From the NCBI GenBank assembly GCA_964035545.1, contig OZ037770.1:8996973-9060972 (forward strand): a DNA stretch of 64,000 nucleotides, written 5' to 3'. This stretch comes from Bugula neritina. Lineage: Eukaryota > Animalia > Bryozoa. This document shows, piece by piece, positions 50,653-64,000 of this stretch (its first letter is position 1; every line of letters begins with the position of its first letter). Both the position numbers and the translations under genes were made by a program. The notes beneath the pieces are model-generated. The model was not told where the DNA came from, made no database searches, and worked only from the letters and a program-made list of their open reading frames with translations.

Positions 50653-53276
50653 CTTGTCTATCTACAAGATATGATCATTTAGTTGGGAATTTACATGTTT
50701 ATTTGTTTGTATTTTTATTTGTTTTGTAATTTTCTAGTTTTTTTAAAAGAAAACATATGTTTTTAAACTTGATGATTAGCCAAACGACAGAATTTTTCAG
50801 CCAGTTAAAAAATTTTGCATTGTATTGTACTTCATTGAGTTCACACCAGCCAATCAGAAATTAGGTCAAATTTTATGAAAATTTTAAAATTATAAGCAAT
50901 TTTGAGTGCTGATTATAAACATGTGAAAGAAAAATGACTCAGAAAAAGTCCTGTAACACAATTATACAGAATGTACCTGTATAATAATCAATTTTCTGAT
51001 GAGCTATTGTGCTAACAATATGGCTATCAGAAAAAAATTAGAACAGTTTGCTGAGCTGCAATATTTTTAGATCGCAAAACATAATTTACAATTTTATGTG
51101 GAATATAATATTTCCAAAAATATTAAATAATATAATCATGAGCAGCGGTGTAACTGCAACTTGTGCTTTTTGACTAGTACTTTAACCCAAAAAATATACA
51201 GAAAAAATAGCAAAGTCTAACAATATGTTATAATTAGTTGAAATGATTTTTTAATATTTCTTCTGTTATACTCACCAGATCTGTATTGTGTTGTCAGCCC
51301 TTTGATGACATATGGCACCCTGCACAAGTTTGACCAGGTTTTATGTCACAGCTCTGACCAGTAACAATAAAGCATTTTATTACATTAGTTGTGGAAACAA
51401 ACTTATTATCAGCATTGAATGAAAGTGCTGAGTGGAATCAGTTCAGGAAAGCAATGCATCTCTTGCAATCAATCTGATGACTGTTTTACGAATCAGACCT
51501 TGATTTGGTTGCCACTCTTTACACGAGTTTGTCCTTATAGCTGTCACTTTCCAAAAACTAAAATTTTCCATTTCTTGTTTCTCACAGCAAAACTTTTTAA
51601 ATCTGGGTCTAGACTTTCCTTGATTTCTTTTTTTTCTTCTGTTAACTAGGAGCTAAGCATTTTTCTTGGTAATTGGTCATGTTCCATTCTGTGCACATGG
51701 CTTAACCATCTCAGGTTATTTTCTATAAAAATGTCAGCCATGCTTCGCCAGTTAGTATTTCATCATCATGGTATACCATTTTACAGCCATCATCATGTGT
51801 CTCAATTAAATTCTCATCATGAAAGTGGTTAGCTTTTTCACCTGTGTCCTGTATACTATTGTCCGTGCTCTATAACAGACATTACATTCAACTCTTACGG
51901 AGACATGTCTTTGCTTTACGTAGTCTTTGCTAGAGCTTTCCGTAAGCCGCACTTGCCTTACTCACTTACCTGCTACTTGCCTAAAGCTACTAGGCTCAGC
52001 AGATGAAGCAGAATGTAACAGAAAATTACAAATAGCAATAATATAATGATAGTAAACCTTAAATTACATATATATAAATAAATTTATCAATTTGTGATAA
52101 TCTTTAGTAGTAAGAAAACCCTTACAAACAGAAAAGGTATTACAATAATTATAGTAGTGTTTTTATAGTCATAAATTGATCACATGAAAATAAGGTTGCA
52201 ACTATTATTATATATCTGAGCTGCTGCTCACTAGTCCATGAGTCTATACAGCTTCACTCACTTTTTATTCAGAATTATTCTTCTGCATTTAGTAATTTCA
52301 AATTTAAGTTGGATTTTATGACCACAGGATTATCCTGAACTTAATTTTAGCCTTTTTAGCAGCTACACTGCTCTATATTTTGCATACGCAGCAATAACTT
52401 ATAAAGAGAGGGCAACTTCTTGTTTCAAAAAACCATGAACCTTTCATATAGAGCAAATAGGCAGTCAAATTAATAAAGGTTATAGTAATAGATGAGCTTT
52501 CAGTTTACAATTTTTTTGTTTGTTTAGAGTTTGTAGTATATAGGCAAGTTGTAAAACAAAAAATAGATTAAGGTGAAGTGACATTCTTCTGTGGGTAAAA
52601 CCAAGTTACAATTATGCATACTATAGTGATGCGACACAATTGTTTTTCTTAGTAAAATAAGTTGAATATAAAGATCAGTGGTGGAACACTGTTTGGTAAA
52701 TTTTATACAAAACATTTTTTTCATATAGAGCCAAGTAAAATAAAAATACAAACTTATAGCATGCAATAAATTGATTGAACAGAAACAAAAACACATAGAC
52801 CTGTGTTTCCCATGTTTTAGCAGTTGAATATGGATATTTTGGCTTTATTGTAGAAAATAAACTTAATTTATAATATATGTGCATGTTTTTTGTAAAAATG
52901 AAAATATTTTTTGGCTATACAGCATGATGTTGAATGCATGAAAGTAAAAGTTCAAATTCAAAATGACATTGCCTGATTAATTTTGCTTTTGGATTGCCTA
53001 ACGATAAACTGCAAAATATAATAAAATTCTATTACAGGTTAACATTGCATTAGCATGCATGCATTAACATGCATAGCTATTTACTTGAATTTGTTTTTTG
53101 TTTACATAAAATTTTATTTAGTTTCACAACAGTTTGACATCTACAAGAATTTCACTAAAATTACACTAAAAATACTTTAATTTGTCAAATGTATTTGAGT
53201 ATTCATTGGAGACTTGTCTTACAAGTAGAAAGTAACAGTATCTGGTAGAGGACTGTCAAAACATACACATCTTGTT

Positions 53277-56200
53277 CTACTCAACATTTTCAGTCACTTC
53301 CTCATTCTACAAAAAGAGTAAAGCATTTAGACTGGTTTGTCAATAGATTTATTAGCTCAAGGTCTAAAAAAATTTATTATTGGCCAATGAATTTGCTGTT
53401 AAAAGTATCAGTAACCGGTTTTATAATTTCGTATGTTTTTTTATTCCAAATTGAGAATAAAACCAAATTACTATAGATTTCTCAAAGCTTTGCTTTTACA
53501 AATCGTATTGCAGATTATAAACTTTCTTTATGCTTAAGGCAGTAGGAAATCCAACAAATACAAAAATAAGTTATAATTATCGCCAACTAAAATATTTAAT
53601 TCCTTCTTTGTAGTCAACACAGTCAATAGGGAGCAGTTGTGGTCTAGGGATTATAACGCTTGTCTAGTAAACATAAGTTTATGGGTTCAAACCCAACCAA
53701 GGCCATTGGTGATGTTAGGGAGAGCATACAGACAGACATAATTACTATGGTGCTCCATCTGACTAATTGTCCTTAGCACAATTTTACAAAAGCATTTTCT
53801 ATCAGGGTTTCTCACTTGGGTGAGGTTTTTACAGTCAACTCATTGTATGACTAGACAGTTCTCATTACAATCCAATTACCTCATTTTGTTTCAGTTCTTC
53901 AAATAAATCTTGTTTAGTGGGCAGTCCAATAGTTTCACTTCCGTTCGTAGGAGTAAAGGCTATTGTACTTATATCTGTAAAGTAAATCAAAATTAATACT
54001 CAATACCTTTGCTCGTGCTGCTTTTAAAGAGTATATTTAACCAAAAACACTTTTTATTAATAATAAGAATGGATAGATGTAGACTAAGAAACTCATACAC
54101 AGTTAGTTTAAGGTCATACTTTTCATTTTCTGGCTCTTTGCCAGGTGCTTTATGTTCTATATGAACAATGTTCCACTGATAGCTCGAACAGGTTGAATGT
54201 CACAGGAACAAAAAAAATATGAAAAGATAAAGAAACTTATGTTCTCCAATATACTTTTTTATTTTTTTCAAAAGCCAATTCATGTTTAAGTTATAGCTTG
54301 TTGAAAAACATAGTCCCCCTTCCACATTCTTTTCAATTTATACGCTCCTGACTTGTTATTGTGTCTCAATACCCCTTGTATTTGAGTGCTTGTTAGTCTC
54401 GCTTCACTAACTTTGCCTATACTTCACAAGTGCCAGTGCTGCTGGCTCAAAAGCTAAATGTTATAAACTGTCAGCTAAAACCCAATCTTGTATTCCTAGG
54501 TTGGTTGGCCTAAATAAAACAATAGTCAAATCATGATTTCATGTTTTAAAAATTTACTCTATTCTAACCTGCTGCCTAGCTAGTTCTATTTTTGATGTAT
54601 AATTACAAAATTTGTGATACATTTTTTTGGCAACCATGTGATTTATAAAATGCAGTAATGGTACTTATAATATTATATTATTATCATTATAATATATTAT
54701 ATAGTATTATGTGTGTTTTTATTATACTGCATAATATCTATTTTATTATTGTTGTTGTGCAAACAAGTGCAATTAACCTAGTTTTCAAAATGTACCTCTA
54801 AATTATCAGAATATCAGTTTAGATATTTTCATGCTTTGTAAGGTAAACCTAAAAAAAGAGGCTGTATTCCCAAAGTAAAGGGTGTTGAACTATGAACTAT
54901 ATTAGATTAGCCACTCTGCTACCAAGTGCATCAGTATAATATTATATGAATAGCTCTGATGCTTTGTCTCCGGTGGCTGGCTGCGATATGATAACTTGGC
55001 CAACTTCCAAGAGTTTAAAATTGGCGCAATTATTCAAGAGGTTACATACTGCACAGAGCTAGCAGTGATAGTAACCTTGCTATTGGCAGTATTTATTACA
55101 GCTGCCAGCATATAAGCTGCATTGTAGAATGTGTTTGGGTAGGCTACAAAAACCAAATTTTGCTCCATAATATATAATAAACACAGTGCAGCAACATAAT
55201 TTTTAGTTTCAAACTACATTGCCACCCTTACATGAGCTGTGGGCTTCATAAAGATTCATATGATTAGAGGTTTATGCTATAGGCTAGCTATGATGAAAAT
55301 AACACACCATTGTCAAAGTTAACTTCAAGTATGTTGTTTTCCAGAAACTCAGTAATGTCCATTTATCTCTCGCATACAAATACTTATGTAATAGCATACA
55401 GTTTAAGTTTTATTTTAGAGCACATCTGCAAACTCTACAATAAGAGCTTGCTTTACCAGACCTGTTTTTGTAGCTAGTAATACGCAAGCTACTTATTTTT
55501 AAACTTTTGGGTTATTTGTTCAAAACCATTAGCTTTGCTAGTAACCCGAGACTATTGCAACAGTTGACTGCTATCAACATGAATTGACAGCCTAATAATT
55601 ATAGCCCTTTTGCGCGCGAAATATTTATGTAATGATAGTTACTCATATAGTGAGCGTTTTAGTAACGATGACTGCGTGGTCCAGAGGTTAGAGGCGTCAG
55701 CGAGGAGTTAGTTGGTTATGGTTCAACCCTGTTTTGTCACAATTTTTTTGTCAACTTATGCAAATCCTACGCATGTATAATAAATATGGCTATAATTGTA
55801 AAGTTTTTTTTAACTTTTGTTCAACAGTAAGACAACATAGATGCATAATAATTAGATACTGAACACTGGACTAAACCTTAAATTGATCTTATAGAATACA
55901 ATGTACTTAAAATAATCATATGTGAATTAGAAAAACTGAAAGTACACCTGCTGCTCTATAGACAGACCTTTACTGACAAGACTGCAAAGTGAAGTGATTT
56001 GACTGAAATTAACCCTGCCAAACAAACAAAGAATTATGTTGTGCTGAGGCATTTTCAATATATTATTGTAACATAGTGAGATGATTCAGCTAAGTGCTAA
56101 TGTAAAACAGGGAACATTATATTGGCAGAAATCCAATAGATTGCCAATTTGTGCGAGAGGGTACTATATGTTATTGTGATAGCGCAGAGCGGCAAACGTA

Positions 56201-59200
56201 CTAGGAATGTTATAATTAGTCACAGGAGCGTAGCTAGAACCACCATATGAAGAATTTAGAAAATTGCAGTGAAACTTGCAAAATGGTGTATGTTTTTACC
56301 AAATTGTGAAGAGCATAAACAGAATTTCAAAAAACAAAGAAAGTATATTAGAGAAAACATATCAAGGAATGTCAAGTTTAACTTTTAGACTTTATAAAAT
56401 GAATCCCCTGTGCTACAGCAGTGGAACATGGAGGGTGTAAAATTTTACTTATTATGCAACAACTTTTTCAGAAAATTTTTTATTGAAAAATTAAAAAGTA
56501 TATGAAAGAGGAATGCAAGAGCTATCTTTTCATGTAAAATTTGTTAATGTGAGACAAAAACTGTTCGAGCTATCCCCTGGAAACCGTTTATATATAACAT
56601 AAAGCAGTGCCTGAATCTTGAAAGTAATGACCTTAAACCAACTGTGTATATTTTTAGCAGTGAATTGTTTATTTCAGATGGTATAAGAACATTGCCATTT
56701 GCCTTAGAATAAACTCCAATACAACATTCAGCAGGAAAATTCCATAATCCCATTATCTGGTTTTAACTATCACTATTAATTAGACAGTTAAAAATATATA
56801 AAACTGCAAGCATACTTGAGGGTTGATATCCATCAGATGCTGTAAAGTTGTGAGGACTCCACTGGTTTCTACTTCCACCAACCTGAGATTTTATCTTTGG
56901 TAAGAAGAAAATTATAGCTACCCCGATAATTGGAGGGGCTCCAGCAAAATAGAAAGCGTAGTCATAGTTAGAGGTTTGGTCGTATATCCAGCCTATGAAT
57001 GAGAGTAAGAATTGTGAAAAGCCACACAGTTAAATTAGCTGATAATGCAGAATTAAAGGATAGATGAACGTTATACAGGATGTAGACGTGTAGACCAATT
57101 TCTTACCTCCTATCATATTTAAACTAAATTCTTACCTCCTATCATAGGCCCTGTCATGATAGGTATTGAAATCACAGCAAACAGAAAGCCCATAGCCTGA
57201 GATGCATTCTGTGCTCCGACAAGATCAAAGACTATTGGTCCAAGTAGACAAATGAAGCAGCCATCCATCATTCCAAGAACAATGCATACACCGATAAGAC
57301 CTGAAATGTTTGAAAAGTAAGCTAGAAGTATAATTATGTTTCTAGTACTAAATACCAGGTGCAGATATTAATGATACTATGGGATGTAATTTCTGGTAAA
57401 CTACTAAAATAAAGTTCTGTACTTATTACCCCACATTCCACATTTTGCAGGAAATGCAATAGAATTGACTAAAATAATATATTATGCCTATATGAGTAGT
57501 GAATTTGCAACTTAGGTAAACTTATATTCTTGTGCTTGTATTTTATAAGGACATAAAACACTTTGTACTGTTAATAAATTTTATATTTAAAGCTTTACCT
57601 AATTTATCAATCTGTCAACTAGTTTTTTATAGGCAATAAATTTCAAGTTCCCATGCAGGCTAAATTAGTACTCAACTTATACAATTATACACATTTCGGT
57701 GTTTGTTAGTTTCAGTATATCAGGAACTCTCACCTTCAAATACAGGTATGAGTGGAATAGTTATTGTAGCAGCACCAAAGAGCACTATAGCCACCTGCTG
57801 AAAGCGTACCCTGTTGACACATGCCATGTCACCTAGCTTGCCACTCACCAACCTGCCCACACCTGACACACCCCCTATTGTCATTATCAGTATCTCTCCA
57901 TTTTTTTCAGGAAATTTTTGCCGAACATAATTATTCTAAAATCAAAAACGCTTACAGGCTAATTATGCAACAGGTGACCGAATAATGAAATGCCACTAGA
58001 CTACCACTATGTTTACGAGATATTACATGCTTATAGTTGTAGTATTTTTCCTGCAGTAATCAGAACAAGATATGAAAACAAAAGTAGCCAGAGCTTTAGC
58101 ACACAGTTAATATCTTATCTGTAAGTAAAAAAAATGTTTGAAACAGCAAACCACCCTGTTACTCAAACCTGCATGTCTAGTTTCACGATTTCTGTTTTAA
58201 AGTCAATAATTTGGACAAAAATTGTCTCCTTGGCTTTTAATGTAGGAAATACTCACAATGTGTACAAGAGGTACGAAGTATCCAAAAAGAGCGAATGTTA
58301 GCCCAACAACCCAGATCACATATCCTCTGTTCTTCCAGATATCAACATTGAGATAACGCTTTACTAATGCCCAAAGTTTTGTTACTTTTTTAACAGTTTT
58401 ATCTTTGGCATGTTTTGTAGTTTCTGTTGTGAAAGACATCTGGGAACTAAATATTAAACATAGAAAACAAAATTAGTTATTTTTACACAAGCAACAAAAA
58501 AAGCTACTAAAAATATACATACGGCCAGTTTTTGTTTATTGTCGTTTGATAGTTCCCAAATTCCCCTTGGATTTCATTATGTCAACATTATTAGAAGTCC
58601 AGACACAAATTATTTAGCAAAAAGAAAATAATCGCAGTATTTATCTCAATAACCATTGAATTATAGCCTGTTAGTGCTGGTTCATATAGACTGTGTTAAG
58701 ATCCGATATTAATTAGCGTGCTTACAAAATATCATTTACACCTATATAGGTAAGTTTAATGAAAACTTGCCAAGTAGCAAAATCTAGGCACCATTTTAAT
58801 AATAACCACAATAACAACAACATAATTGTGATAATTTATTCAATAATTGCCATAGCCTTCTTTTATAAAACTTTTTCCATCATATACCACCTTATTTACA
58901 CTTATATATTATAATTGTTGTATTTTTATTCTTACCATCGATCAGACTTTTCCATTTTGGAGTTATCATCTCGCTTAATAAGAGGTTTGAATACAAGTCC
59001 ACAGAGGATCATTGTAGCTACCAGCCCACTTTCTATCTGCAGAGTAAAGGCTAGACCTTTGTTTTCCAGCAGATACTTCATCAGGAATGGCAAAACTACA
59101 ATATAATGTATATTTTATATATTAACATAGAGTAAACAATTCCCTTGTTTGTATAATAATATGAGGGCTATTAGTATAGCATGTATTCTACTAAAAATAA

Positions 59201-61795
59201 TAAAATTACAAAATAGCATAAAATACAGTCAACGATTAGTTAACGATTATGTGGCAACAGTCAGCTCTCAAACATATACAGTTTACCGAGTTTTCAAAAT
59301 TAGATTAATAAATTTAGCTTTCCTGGGTCGATATTATAACTGTTACACATTTTACCTTGTTTTTTAAACTGCTGTGCATTGCTACATTTTGAGATAAGTA
59401 GGTTTTGCACCAGTTTTACAAATTTATATTATTTTTGATGCCTACACACACACTAACCCTTAGCAATTTGCTAGTTACTTGTGTAACACAAAATTAACAA
59501 GGTATGATATTATGTGACAAAGCACGTTGCTTATGTAACTATAAATGGAATTTTAAATTTCATAATTCATATCATGATAACTAGCTAGATGTTTCCTTTT
59601 TGGAGTTTTTCTAGTTTACACTTTTCCACCTGAAGTTTTAGTGTCTTTGAAAACATCTTAAATAACTTTTAATTTGATTTTAATTTCAGATACAACCAAA
59701 TCTAAAACTCAAGAAAGTCAAAGAATTTAACCCACTTGTCTCAAAATTCTACTTTGTAAATTGACTGTTTTCTGTTTCTGTTTTCTTTATTTCCATCAAA
59801 AAAAAACAAAAGGACAAAAAAATACAAATATACAACAGTAACACAAAAAGAGCTAAATTCAATTTATATTTAATATTAATCGAAGTCAAGATGGGGGCCC
59901 ATGTGCTCAGTAGCATAGCTATTCAAGGAGCGGGGCCCAAGTGGCAGTTGAAAAAATTGGTTGTTTGTTGCCATTTTTCTAAGTAATTCAACTCAATTTG
60001 CAACAGAATATAACAGATTTGCTTTAGTAGTGAAGGATGTGAAGCTTTTGGACTGGTGCCAAGTCCTGGGGATTTTCCTATCACAGCTGTTTCTTGTTAT
60101 GTTGAAGTTATTAATGAGTGCATATCTTAAAGCACACTTCAATCAGACTGCTTAGCATTTAATTATAATAATACTTGAAGTTTCTATTATATATGGAATC
60201 AGCTAAAGCATATAAGTTGTGAGGTTACCTATTGTAAATATAGCACTTCCTGTAGTAACTATTCCATTTACCAAAGACATTCTTTTCTTGAAGTAATGTC
60301 CTAATATAACAAGACTTCCTGAATATATGAATGAAGATCCAGTTCCAAACATTACACCATACGTCAGATACAGTACACTCAGACTCTGAAAGTAGCAAAG
60401 ATAAATAGGGTTATAATTTGGTAACTCTATAACTATTGTTAAATTTTTAAGTTGCTTTAGTTTTTTAAAAAGTGTACGTTGAAGTTTCTACTGTAAACAA
60501 AAATTTCTGCATTTTGAATTATATTCATTGAGATCAGATATACAATAATTGTATACAAAAGAGAAAGCTCAAATAAAATGCAACTTTACTACTTTAATGT
60601 TCTACTGATTCCAAATATAGAACAAATTAGTGATACTTCAGCTGCTTTTTGGTTTGCAATATAAATTGAGCTTAATTTCATATTTAGGATAAAATCAATG
60701 TTTAAAATGTTTAAAATATTTAGTTAAACAGACAAACAAAGAATTTTTTGATTTACTTTTAATAAATCATCTTCAGCGCGTAGAATACAGATTTTACTCC
60801 AACATAGATTTCAGCCATTTATAATACATTGGGCTCATACTTTAACAAAGGATGAAGAGAGTAGACCAGTAAAAGACAGGAGAGCTCCAGCTACTGCTAC
60901 TTTTCTGATCCCCAGTTGATCAGCTGCTATTGATGATATCATAGAAGTGAAGAATGTCATGAAGAGGGTGATGGAGGCAATCAGTGCTGTAACAAAATTT
61001 AAATAGATTATGCAATAACTGAATATATTTGTGAAAAAATTACATGTATTACTGAGATACAAAAAGATTTTTTTTGAATTGAGTGAGATTAATGTTTGAT
61101 TTAGGTTTTTTTTCTGTCATAGTAATCAATTAAACTTTGCCAAAAATGGTTGCATTATTCTTAAAATCACCTGAAAGTCAAAGACCAGCACACAAACTTT
61201 TGTTTTATTTACCAAAAACATGAAAATATGGAAGTATTGCATATGTATTGTACTGCTCAGTAGGATCAATGCTATTTTATGCTAATTACAAGGTCAAGGT
61301 TAGCTTCAGTTTAATTAAATTATCCGCTACCCTTATACAAACTGTTGCTGGCTCTTGTTTGTCTTACAACAAATAACTATCCATCATAGCTACAGTCATA
61401 ATACTACAGTAAGAACAAACAAGAGTAAAAACTATTAGGGTGTATAATGGAGTTGTTGCCCCTGTTCAATTTGGAAAATGTTTTAATCAAGTATAAATAG
61501 CAAATGAAAACAGACTTAGTATTAATATAGAGTTGTCTTCTCTCACTACATCTACAACTATGGAATAACAAGACACTACACTCACAGACTTTAGTTGTCA
61601 CATTCTCTTCAGTATCAGCTAGCTGACTCAGATGTGGCAGCAGAATTCCAAATGTATTCAGCATTCCAAATACAACTCCATTTACCCAGAAAGAAGCTAA
61701 ACACACTAGCCAACCTCGACCACCATCAGGGGGGACAAACTCCTCACAATTATTTGTTTCGTTCTGCTGTTTTTTGCCATTTTGATATTTTCTTT
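53277..61795 (-). CDS. SLC16A10: MCT10/MCT8-like SLC16 transporter, copy 3; coding exons 2-11 (exon 1 beyond the right edge)
   Basis: Exons 61586-61795, 60841-60986, 60229-60385, 58936-59095, 58257-58446, 57734-57935, 57136-57300, 56816-56992, 53880-53974, 53277-53306. GT-AG boundaries and exon lengths match the other copies. Confidence 0.88.
53629..53830 (+). mobile_element. tRNA-derived SINE in intron 10 of copy 3
   Basis: Same intron position and sequence as 4619-4815. Confidence 0.7.
54098..56646. mobile_element. Non-autonomous CMC (EnSpm)-like DNA transposon, 2549 bp, intron 9 of copy 3
   Basis: TIRs cacagttagtttaaggtcat / rc cacagttggtttaaggtcat; 2-bp TSD TA (54096-54097, 56647-56648). 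The empty site is visible in copy 1 near 5080. Confidence 0.85.
59767..59958 (-). mobile_element. Short insertion, probably the 3' end of a non-LTR element, intron 4 of copy 3
   Basis: Absent from copy 1 (gtaaattgactggttgtttg near 9475-9494). The minus strand ends in aataaagaaaacagaaacagaaaac, resembling a simple-repeat tail. Confidence 0.5.
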
Positions 61796-64000
61796 CTAGA
61801 AAACATAGCAAGATTTTTGTAAAAGGGAGTTTTAATAATTTTGGTTTCAATTTAAAACTCAGTGAGCTCTGAGCACAGTAAGACAACTATGTAAATATTT
61901 TTGTCACATTTTCTAGCACATATATTATTCTTACGTAGCTAAAAAAATTGAAGTTTACTAAATCTATTTTTAGCATAAAAATTACACACTCTTCTGAAAT
62001 AGAAATTTATAAGTATTTTATGCCTGCAGAATCCTAGTATTAAATAAAGCTAAACTCAAGAATAGTTATATGATGATATGAAAGTAGGAAAAAATAACAA
62101 AATATAAAAGCATGAACAAAATTGAACATTTAATTATCAAATACATTGATAATACAATTTTTTATTAATTTTTAATATTTTCTGGTCAACACAATATTAT
62201 AATTGCGCAATAACGCTCATACTTATTAGTATTAAATAGCAATGTCCTTTTATTCGTTGGGTATTATTATAACCCATTTTATTAACCATAAACTCTAGTT
62301 TTTATCTTAATTACCTATCATGTTACAACTATAACATATTGGGTGATTATGATCACAGTTTCATTAGGAATAAGCTCAAACATGTTTTGCAGTCACCCAG
62401 TCATTGGCAAAATAATATGGGAACTATTCTAATATTAAGAATTTACTAAAAGTGTTGTTAACCAGCACAAGGGTATAGAGCACTCCCATGAGGAATTAGG
62501 TTTCAATTTAGTTACTTAATTTATTTAAATTGCAACCTCCAATGTTCATTTTGGAGAGGGGATTTTTTGTATATTTTTAACAAAAACTTGACTGTTCTTG
62601 TTTCTCTAACCATTTGCATGTTACATGCAAGTTGAACTGTCGGAAAGAGAAAGAAGACAACCCATTAAATCAAAACCTTATGCCACCAACTCTACGAAGC
62701 TGGAGATATCTAACATGAAACTGGCATTGCATATAATAAGTTAAATTTTCATGATGTAGAGCAGCTTCCTTGTGGCAATCTTCCAAAGAGGAAAAACAAA
62801 GTTATGAGTGCGAAATGTACTAACAGTGAATTAAAAAATGCTGATAGCAAATTACATCAGGTAAGTTAATTGTAATTCAAATTTGTGCTATTTATAATTT
62901 GTATCGTAAGGAAATAAAAAACTTATGCTCACATTGGCTTTCTAGCCCAAGGTTTGTGCATCTGCGTATAAAGTGTAATTGAAATATATTTGCATAAAAT
63001 AAACTGCAAGTCAGTTTATATTTTAGGCAAAAGCATAAAATGAATATTTTAGATGTGTGAGCAATAACTTTGCTACTTGTAGGAAGGTAGGTGCAGTATG
63101 TAGAAATTGAGAAAAACCTGTGTTCTAGATTAGAAATGTAGCAAAAGAAGCTATGTTTTTAAAAGAACTTCAACTCACACCTTAAACCAAAACTAAATAA
63201 TAAAATTAGAAAACTTGGACTATCTCAATTTTTCCACTACTGCTCCTAAATGCCTGTAGGTGGCCACGTTTCCCAAGTACAACTTGTACTCTTAAGTTAT
63301 AATGTTTATCCTAAAATAACAGTGCATATTTGAATGTCAATAAGCCCTACCTGTAATTTAAACAGCTGTAATAACAACCTATTGATTAACCAAATTTGTT
63401 TGTCAACATCTGTCCATTTTAATGGGAAAGTACATAACCTGTGTCTTACGACTGGCTGTGAATTTTAATGCACAATGAGACATGTCTATTCTTCACTATT
63501 TTCTTTGTTTTTATACTAAAACATTATTTTTGTTCTGATGAGACTGCTACTTGCTTTGTACACCTTCAATGCCTAGTGAACTAGAACCAGCCACTACTTT
63601 AGAGTAATAAATTATATCACAATTTGTCTAAATTTGTCTCAGTCCAGCTAAATAGTAAATAGAAAATTATTAAAGAAAAGTGGTCAGTAAGAACAAAAGG
63701 TGTCATGAAGTTGGACTGTATGTTATAACTAAATACTGTGTGTTATAACTCAATACTATACTTAGCCTACTTATAGCTACATGAGTGAAAGTCCCTTGCC
63801 TTTACATGTGATTGCAATAAACGGTTTCATGAAGCTGGACTGTATGTTATAACTAAATACTATATTTTCTTATAACTACATGAGTAAAAGTTTCGTGCCT
63901 TTACATGTGATTGCAATGCTTAGCAAATCAAAATGGCTACACTGCAAATTTGATCATATTTTATGCATCTGGCTGTACTCAAAAAGTAGACTCTTTAAAT

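Noticed and set aside
54098-54125. Transib/RAG-like RSS terminus (CACAGT)
   Set aside because: The TSD is 2 bp rather than 5 bp, and no nonamer or RAG-like coding sequence is visible.

Overview
AT-rich, intron-rich animal (invertebrate-type) genomic DNA, read by eye without alignment tools. The backbone is a head-to-tail tandem array, all on the minus strand, of at least four paralogues of an SLC16 transporter of the MCT8/MCT10 (aromatic amino acid / thyroid hormone) subgroup. Two copies are complete, with 11 coding exons each (4201-16264, 549 aa; 37703-50652, 546 aa). A third has its first coding exon beyond the right edge (53277-61795). A fourth is seen only as a start-codon-deleted first exon (2105-2216). 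The copies are mosaics of one another. A ~16.4 kb nested transposon island lies upstream of copy 1. It is a Gypsy element interrupted by a CAC...GTG DNA transposon with a 2-bp TSD and by a second, integrase-deleted Gypsy. Introns carry an RTE LINE, a solo LTR, tRNA-derived SINEs and a second CAC...GTG element. Three observations stand out: (1) an extra ORF behind pol of the outer Gypsy that reconstructs as C2H2 zinc finger + PxVxL motif + NLS + coiled coil; (2) a decayed, intronless, virus-like gene with 87-bp Rho-N-like repeats fused to a RING-H2 domain in intron 1 of copy 2; (3) a perfect 360-bp palindrome with no spacer.
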